Shown: positions 58,683 to 64,000 of the stretch, piece after piece | Layout of the letters: each line of letters begins with the position of its first letter | Position numbering within the stretch: the stretch's first letter is position 1 | Assembly (NCBI GenBank): GCA_016783945.1 | Contig: JADHVP010000002.1 | Span: forward strand, 852-64,851 | From: Ignavibacteria bacterium | GTDB taxonomy: Bacteria > Bacteroidota > Ignavibacteria > Tepidaquicellales > Tepidaquicellaceae | Direction of reading: 5' to 3' | DNA length: 64,000 nt | Translations under genes and position numbers: made by a program | The notes under the pieces: generated by a model | Databases searched by the model: none | Seen by the model: only the letters and a program-made list of their open reading frames with translations | What the model was told of the DNA's origin: nothing

Positions 58683-59804
58683 TCACACAACACGTTTTAA
58701 AATAATAATCGAGATATCATCATTCGGTCGAGAGTTCACAGTAAATTTTTCAATTTCATTCAGTAAAATATTTCCTGCTTCCTGAGGCGTATATTTTGTG
58801 AATCCTTTTATAAGATTCATAAAGCGTTCTTCACCATAAAAATCCCCGGTCTCATTTCTTGCTTCTGTAATTCCATCGGAATAAACTATCAACAGTTCAT
58901 CTTTATTTAGTTTCAATTTATTTTCTATGTATTCTGCATCGCTTAAAATTCCTAAAGCTGCATCACCTTTTGATAACTGTTCAATTGAAGATTCTTTTAA
59001 TACAACCGGAGGCATGTGACCGGCATTTATATAACTAATTATTCCGTTAGCTGGATTTAGTTCAATATAAATCATAGATGCAAAAACATTTGATAGACTG
59101 TCCCGAAAAAAAATCTGATTTATTTTAGTGCCAAGTTTAGACAATGATACGAAATCAGGAAGTAACGCTCTTAAGGTTGATTGGAGTTTTGCCATCAACA
59201 ATGCAGCCCTTAAACCTTTTCCCGAAACATCGCCGAGAGCTAATCCGTAACGTTCATCTGTTACTTTTAAAAAATCCAGCAGGTCTCCACCAACGTCATT
59301 TGCAGGTCTTGTATAAAGCCACACCGACCAACCGGGAATTTCAGGACTTTGCTCCGGCATCAGCTCGTCCTGAACATACTTCCCTGCCTGAAGCTCATAA
59401 TGTGCAAGCAGTTTATCTTTTAGCTCAAGCATCAAAACAAAAAGTAATAACAAAAAACCGAGAAAATCAGTATCATGACTAATCTTTATATTATTATCAA
59501 AACCGGTTTCTCCTGATATGAAGATCAAAATCACACTAACAACGACCAATATTCTTCTAACAGGTGTAAGTTTAAAGAAAAGACTTTTCATTAACCATAC
59601 AAACATAAAGAAATACTTTTTTATAAAACCCATCTCTTCGAGCCGCTTCTTCCTTTCTTCGCTAATATAAAATTCTTTCAGATCTTTAAAATCTTGTGAA
59701 ATTGTGGTTTTGAAATCTCCTTTTTTGATGTCTTCGAGGATGGTCTTTCCCATTTTAGGTTCATCACTTTGCTTGGATGAATTATCGGTAGAATTTTTTT
59801 TCAT
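58683..59804 (-). CDS. PP2C-family (SpoIIE/RsbU-like) serine phosphatase with an N-terminal membrane region
   Basis: DVGGDLLDF, GDVSGKGLRAALLMAKLQSTLRAL, YINAGHMPP, YSDGITEA and DDISIIILK. Three hydrophobic segments lie N-terminal. Confidence 0.8.
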   Translation of the reverse strand: MKKNSTDNSSKQSDEPKMGKTILEDIKKGDFKTTISQDFKDLKEFYISEERKKRLEEMGFIKKYFFMFVWLMKSLFFKLTPVRRILVVVSVILIFISGETGFDNNIKISHDTDFLGFLLLLFVLMLELKDKLLAHYELQAGKYVQDELMPEQSPEIPGWSVWLYTRPANDVGGDLLDFLKVTDERYGLALGDVSGKGLRAALLMAKLQSTLRALLPDFVSLSKLGTKINQIFFRDSLSNVFASMIYIELNPANGIISYINAGHMPPVVLKESSIEQLSKGDAALGILSDAEYIENKLKLNKDELLIVYSDGITEARNETGDFYGEERFMNLIKGFTKYTPQEAGNILLNEIEKFTVNSRPNDDISIIILKRVV

Positions 59805-59967
59805 AAATCGCCTTTATCTAATTGTTCACTAATGTCACAATATTGATACGTTAATTCAATGATTAAGTTATGTAAATAAAACGAAAAAGAAATCTGCCAA
59901 AGATTTATTTATAAATTTCAATAAGAGATATAAAAATTTATTTTTATTTATCTAACAAATCACACTC

Positions 59968-61299
59968 ATGATTGAAAAAGTTAATACTATTATAAAAGAA
60001 ATAGAAGAAAAGATCATCGGCTATCGCAGGGATTTCCACCGATATGCTGAATCTGGCTGGACTGAATTCAGAACTGCATCACTCGTTGCAAGAAGACTCA
60101 CGGATTTAGGTTATGAAGTGATGATCGGGAAAGAAGTAATGAAAGACGAAGACAGGATGGGGCTACCTGATGAAGAATCACTTGAAAAGAATTGGCAAAG
60201 AGCAAAAGAGCAAGGTGGTGATATACATTTCTTAGATTCTGTTAAGAACGGATTCACTGGAGTTGTTAGTATATTAAAAAATGGAGAAGGTCCAATAATT
60301 GGTTTACGTTTTGATATGGATGCTCTAGATATTCAAGAAGACCTCACGGACAATCACAGACCTTACCACAAAGGATTCGCTTCGGTTAATGGAAACGTAA
60401 TGCATGCCTGCGGGCACGACGGTCATACAGCAACAGGTCTCGGTATAGCAGAAATATTAATGACAATAAAAAATGAAATCAAGGGTACGGTCAAACTTAT
60501 ATTCCAGCCCGCTGAAGAAGGTGTCATGGGAGCAAAATCAATGGTGACAGCAGGAGTAGTCGACGATATCGATTTTCTGTTAGGACATCACGTTATGAGC
60601 GGATGGAAACTTGGTGAGATCATTCCCGGTATGGGAAATTATGCAGCTACACAAAAATTTGATGTTACGTTCACAGGGAAGCCGGCTCATGCAGGCGGAA
60701 GTCCTGAGAAAGGTAACAATGCTATGTTGTCTGCATCAACAGCAGTTTTAAATCTCTACGCTATCCCGAGACATTCGCAAGGTTATACAAGAATTAACGT
60801 AGGTAAGTTAAACGCTGGTACAGGTCGTAATGTAATTTGCTCTGAAGCACATTTGTTGATAGAAACACGCGGCGAAACCACAGAACTAAACGATTACATG
60901 TACGAAAAAGCTTTAACTGTTTTAAAAGCTTCCGCAAAAATGTATGACTGCAAACTTGAAATAAAAGAAATGGGTGGAGCGCAAAATGCAAACAGCGATA
61001 TCGAGCTATCTAATCGCATAGAAAAAGTTGCTAATAAAATTAGTGGCTTTACTTTTTTTCCATCCAGAAAAGGCGGTGGGAGTGAAGATATAACTTATAT
61101 GATGAAACGTGTTCAGGATAATGGAGGTCTTGCTGCAAACGTTGGCATAGGAGCAGACTTAAACGGGATAAGCATTAATGATAAAAATCGTGATGCTGTT
61201 CTGGGTGCTCATACTTCTGTTTTTGATTTTGATGAGAAAGCAATAACCGTTGCAATAAGACTTTTAACACTAATAGTGTTTGATATTATGAAAGAATGA
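59968..61299 (+). CDS. M20-family amidohydrolase (AbgA/HipO-like)
   Basis: FHRYAESGWTEFRT, IGLRFDMDAL, HACGHDGHTA and FQPAEEG. Confidence 0.8.
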   Translation: MIEKVNTIIKEIEEKIIGYRRDFHRYAESGWTEFRTASLVARRLTDLGYEVMIGKEVMKDEDRMGLPDEESLEKNWQRAKEQGGDIHFLDSVKNGFTGVVSILKNGEGPIIGLRFDMDALDIQEDLTDNHRPYHKGFASVNGNVMHACGHDGHTATGLGIAEILMTIKNEIKGTVKLIFQPAEEGVMGAKSMVTAGVVDDIDFLLGHHVMSGWKLGEIIPGMGNYAATQKFDVTFTGKPAHAGGSPEKGNNAMLSASTAVLNLYAIPRHSQGYTRINVGKLNAGTGRNVICSEAHLLIETRGETTELNDYMYEKALTVLKASAKMYDCKLEIKEMGGAQNANSDIELSNRIEKVANKISGFTFFPSRKGGGSEDITYMMKRVQDNGGLAANVGIGADLNGISINDKNRDAVLGAHTSVFDFDEKAITVAIRLLTLIVFDIMKE

Positions 61300-61532
61300 C
61301 CTTTTATTAAAATTTTCAATTTAGAATTCCTGCCTGCAGCAGACAGGTTTAATTTCAGTCAATTTCCGGAAGATCAATATTCAAACTGTAAATTTAGATT
61401 TCATCATAACAACAAAAAAATCATTGTTAAGAAATTATAGAAATGAATTGTAAATTGTTGATTGAAAATTCATTGTCCCAAAGGGATTCCTACGGAAAAA
61501 ATTGCAAAATTGAAAATTAAAAATTATTTGCA

Positions 61533-61979
61533 ATGATAGTTTATAAAATACGAGACGCAACACAGAACGACTTTGAGGATGCGTTCAACATCAAAAAAGA
61601 CGCTCTTCAATCGTATGTCGAAAAGACTTGGGGGTGGAATGAAGAGTTTCAAAGTAATTATCATAAAAAGCACTTCGAACCAAAAAATCTGAAAATTATT
61701 GAAGTGGAAAGTAAACCTATTGGAAGCTTGAAATTCATTACAGAAAAAGACCACATCTTTTTATCCGAACTTTTCATAATGCAAGCGTATCAATCAAAAA
61801 AAATCGGTTCAAGAATTATAAACGATTACATTTATAATGCGTACACTGAAAAGAAAACCGTTAAGCTGCAAGTACTGAGAATAAATAAAAGGGCTGTAAA
61901 GTTATATAAGAAGTTATGTTTTGAAATATATGAAGAAGATAATGTGTACTTTAAGATGATATATAGACATGAACAATAA
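61533..61979 (+). CDS. GNAT family N-acetyltransferase
   Basis: IMQAYQSKKIGSRIINDYI...NKRAVKLYKKLCFEI is the acetyl-CoA binding motif A. Confidence 0.7.
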   Translation: MIVYKIRDATQNDFEDAFNIKKDALQSYVEKTWGWNEEFQSNYHKKHFEPKNLKIIEVESKPIGSLKFITEKDHIFLSELFIMQAYQSKKIGSRIINDYIYNAYTEKKTVKLQVLRINKRAVKLYKKLCFEIYEEDNVYFKMIYRHEQ

Positions 61980-62216
61980 TATTAACAGAACTCGTTCTAA
62001 TGTTTATACTGAAAAAGGAAATATTAGTCAAGTTACTTTCAATTTAATAACGCACTTACTTCTGCTGATGTAAATGAGATTGATTGTTCATAAAGTATTT
62101 TTTATTTTGTCTTAACATTTCGAGAAAACTGATATATAAAATCTTACGACACCGATAAAAATCGCTCTTGACATCATTCATTAAATCTCGTTAGGAAACA
62201 AAACTGATTACAACTT

Positions 62217-62789
62217 ATGTTTAAAAATTGGGCTTTCGTTGGTGTGTTACTTAGCATTTTGTTGATTCCACTTTACATCCTTAACTACAAAATGTTTTTG
62301 AATGATATCTATTGGCCCCTTCGTCTGCTTTTTCCGGTCTTAGCTTTCCACCAGTTCGAAGAGTATATTCTTCCGGGAAGTTTTATCAAATGGATCAACA
62401 GAATAATACTCAAAAGCAAATACATAGATGCTCCGATAAATACAAGAAACTCTTTCGTACCAAATGTAATCATAGCCTGGCCCATTACTATATACTTTTC
62501 AATTTATCCTTATGAAAATATCTGGATAACTCTCGGACTTATTTTGAGCATTATACTGTCGAACGCTTTGGCGCATATCTTTTTATCATTAAAGAATCGA
62601 AAATACTCTCCCGGTCTTATTACAAGTATTATATTGTTTTTACCTATGGCTGCTGCTGCATTGTATTTATGCATAAAGCATAACCTCCTTTACACTTCTG
62701 ATTGGTTACTAGCGATAGCAATTGCAGTCATAATAGATGTAGTAATAATTATGCTTTCACTTTTCTATAAAAAGAAGGCTATTCGGTAA
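62217..62789 (+). CDS. HXXEE domain-containing membrane protein
   Basis: LAFHQFEEYILPG contains the HxxEE motif, in a protein with about 6 TM segments. Confidence 0.65.
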   Translation: MFKNWAFVGVLLSILLIPLYILNYKMFLNDIYWPLRLLFPVLAFHQFEEYILPGSFIKWINRIILKSKYIDAPINTRNSFVPNVIIAWPITIYFSIYPYENIWITLGLILSIILSNALAHIFLSLKNRKYSPGLITSIILFLPMAAAALYLCIKHNLLYTSDWLLAIAIAVIIDVVIIMLSLFYKKKAIR

Positions 62790-62831
62790 TTAGCTGCAAA
62801 AACTATTTGAAGGAATCTCAATCTACAAAAT

Positions 62832-63065
62832 TTAAGGAATTAAATTCTTCAGCTCTTTTACAATTTCCTCGATCTCTTTCTCATCAAATCCTTTCTCCTT
62901 TGCCGCTTCTTCAAGCGTTCCCCACATTGCTTCCCCGCATATAAGACACCTGATTCCTTTTTTCATTAGATAACTCACCGATGCAGGATGCTCTCTTACA
63001 AGGTCTTCAATACTTGTATCTTTTGTAATCTTCATCACGTTACTCAGATAAGATTTTTCAACCAT
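62832..63065 (-). CDS. DUF1858 domain protein (hybrid-cluster-protein-associated redox disulfide domain)
   Basis: ITKDTSIEDLVREHPASVSYLMKKGIRCLICGEAMWGTLEEAAKEKG matches DUF1858 and includes the CxxC. Confidence 0.6.
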   Translation of the reverse strand: MVEKSYLSNVMKITKDTSIEDLVREHPASVSYLMKKGIRCLICGEAMWGTLEEAAKEKGFDEKEIEEIVKELKNLIP

Positions 63066-64000
63066 TCAATAAAAGCAGCATTCTCTTCTTCAAGCCCGAC
63101 AGTTATTCTTATGCAGTGAGGTAAACCGAATGGTTTCAAAGGACGTATGATAATCCCCTCTTTCAAAAGATTCTCGTTTATGAAATTAACTTTCTCCTCC
63201 GTACCAAAATCAATCATTACAAAATTCGAGTAAGAAGGAATCCAGTTGAGATTCATTTTACCGAATTCATCCGTCAAATACTGGTAACCTTTCTTATGAA
63301 CATCGAGAGCTTTTTTAACAAACTCATCATCATCGAGTGCGGCAATCGCTCCTGCTTGTGCGAGGTTACTTGGTTCGAAAGGAAGCTTAACCTTCATAAT
63401 ATTCTGCACTAATTCCTCATGAGCAAACCCATACCCCACTCTTGCACCGGCAATACCGTATATTTTCGAAAAAGTCCTTAACGTAATAACGTTATCATAC
63501 TTGTATATCAAAGAGTCAGGATACTCATCGGATGCTTTTGCGTATTCGTAGTATGCTTCGTCGATTATGACAAGCACCTTTTCCGGAATGCGTTTCATAA
63601 ACTCATCGAACTCCTTCTTAGTATAGATTGTGCCGGTCGGGTTGTTCGGATTACACAGATAGATAATTTTTGTGTTTTCGTTTACACTATCGGCAATTGC
63701 ATCAAGGTCGAATTTATACGTATCTCCCTGCATCGGTACTTCGATAAACCTGTTTTCCCTGCCCATCGCAAGAACACGGAATCCGATGAAGGTCGTTTCG
63801 GATGATAGCATCTCATCTTTATCGCACAAAAAGCAACGCAGTATATTCGCCAGGATCCCTTCGCTCCCGTTACCGACAGCTACGTTCTCCGTTTGAACGT
63901 TACATTTTTTCGCCAGCTTCTCCCTTAGCTCAAGAGCACCCATGTCGGGATAACGGTTAATGCCTGACATTGCTTTTATCATTGCATCGACTGCTTTGGG
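63044..64000 (-). CDS. hisC: histidinol-phosphate aminotransferase, 5' end outside the window
   Basis: Class II aminotransferase: NPNNPTG, ...TFSKIYGIAGARVGY (PLP lysine), and IRITVG. The frame stays open from 63982 to the window edge (..PKAVDAMIKAMSG). Confidence 0.85.
   Translation of the reverse strand, partial: PKAVDAMIKAMSGINRYPDMGALELREKLAKKCNVQTENVAVGNGSEGILANILRCFLCDKDEMLSSETTFIGFRVLAMGRENRFIEVPMQGDTYKFDLDAIADSVNENTKIIYLCNPNNPTGTIYTKKEFDEFMKRIPEKVLVIIDEAYYEYAKASDEYPDSLIYKYDNVITLRTFSKIYGIAGARVGYGFAHEELVQNIMKVKLPFEPSNLAQAGAIAALDDDEFVKKALDVHKKGYQYLTDEFGKMNLNWIPSYSNFVMIDFGTEEKVNFINENLLKEGIIIRPLKPFGLPHCIRITVGLEEENAAFIEWLKNLI

Noticed and set aside
1-64000. tRNA, rRNA, tmRNA or riboswitch-type RNA genes
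   Set aside because: Intergenic regions longer than 100 bp were inspected by eye (600-967, 6256-6557, 31458-31726, 33144-33264, 51959-52252, 55352-55780, 61300-61532). No cloverleaf-compatible or conserved RNA motif was recognised. A covariance-model scan would be needed to be sure.

Overview
Low-GC bacterial chromosomal segment. The gene content looks like the FCB group (Ignavibacteria/Bacteroidota-like): a T9SS C-terminal sorting-domain remnant, a CarboxypepD_reg-type TonB-dependent receptor, RpoN and DUF3109. Most of the window is housekeeping: sucC, tpiA, a thiolase/hbd/acyl-CoA dehydrogenase set, hslVU, rpoN, dprA, a peptide ABC importer, pyrF, the mreBCD-mrdA-rodA block, purHN, hisC, a P5C dehydrogenase and rubrerythrin. 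I found no rRNA, tRNA or CRISPR. There are four accessory regions. (1) At the window centre (about 31.4-34.6 kb) a 1.7-kb three-gene cassette sits just upstream of dprA. It encodes a RelE/HigB-like toxin candidate, an XRE-HTH antitoxin with a long C-terminal tail, and a SecB-like protein, so I read it as a toxin-antitoxin-chaperone (TAC-type) module. It is bracketed by ~166-bp direct repeats that duplicate the dprA 5' end and promoter region, and it abuts an intact IS4-family element with a 10-bp target duplication. (2) A single-polypeptide Type IIG (MmeI-like) restriction-modification enzyme is flanked by ~180-bp imperfect inverted repeats built from REP-like modules. (3) A 5.5-copy 42-bp tandem array, each unit carrying a 16-bp palindrome, lies upstream of a translationally coupled membrane-protein/excisionase-type HTH pair. 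(4) A cluster of N-formylglutamate amidohydrolase, DUF1704 (QEGLA/HExxxH carboxypeptidase) and a GshB-like ATP-grasp ligase. Coordinates I derived by hand for repeats and hairpins should be taken as +/-2 nt.
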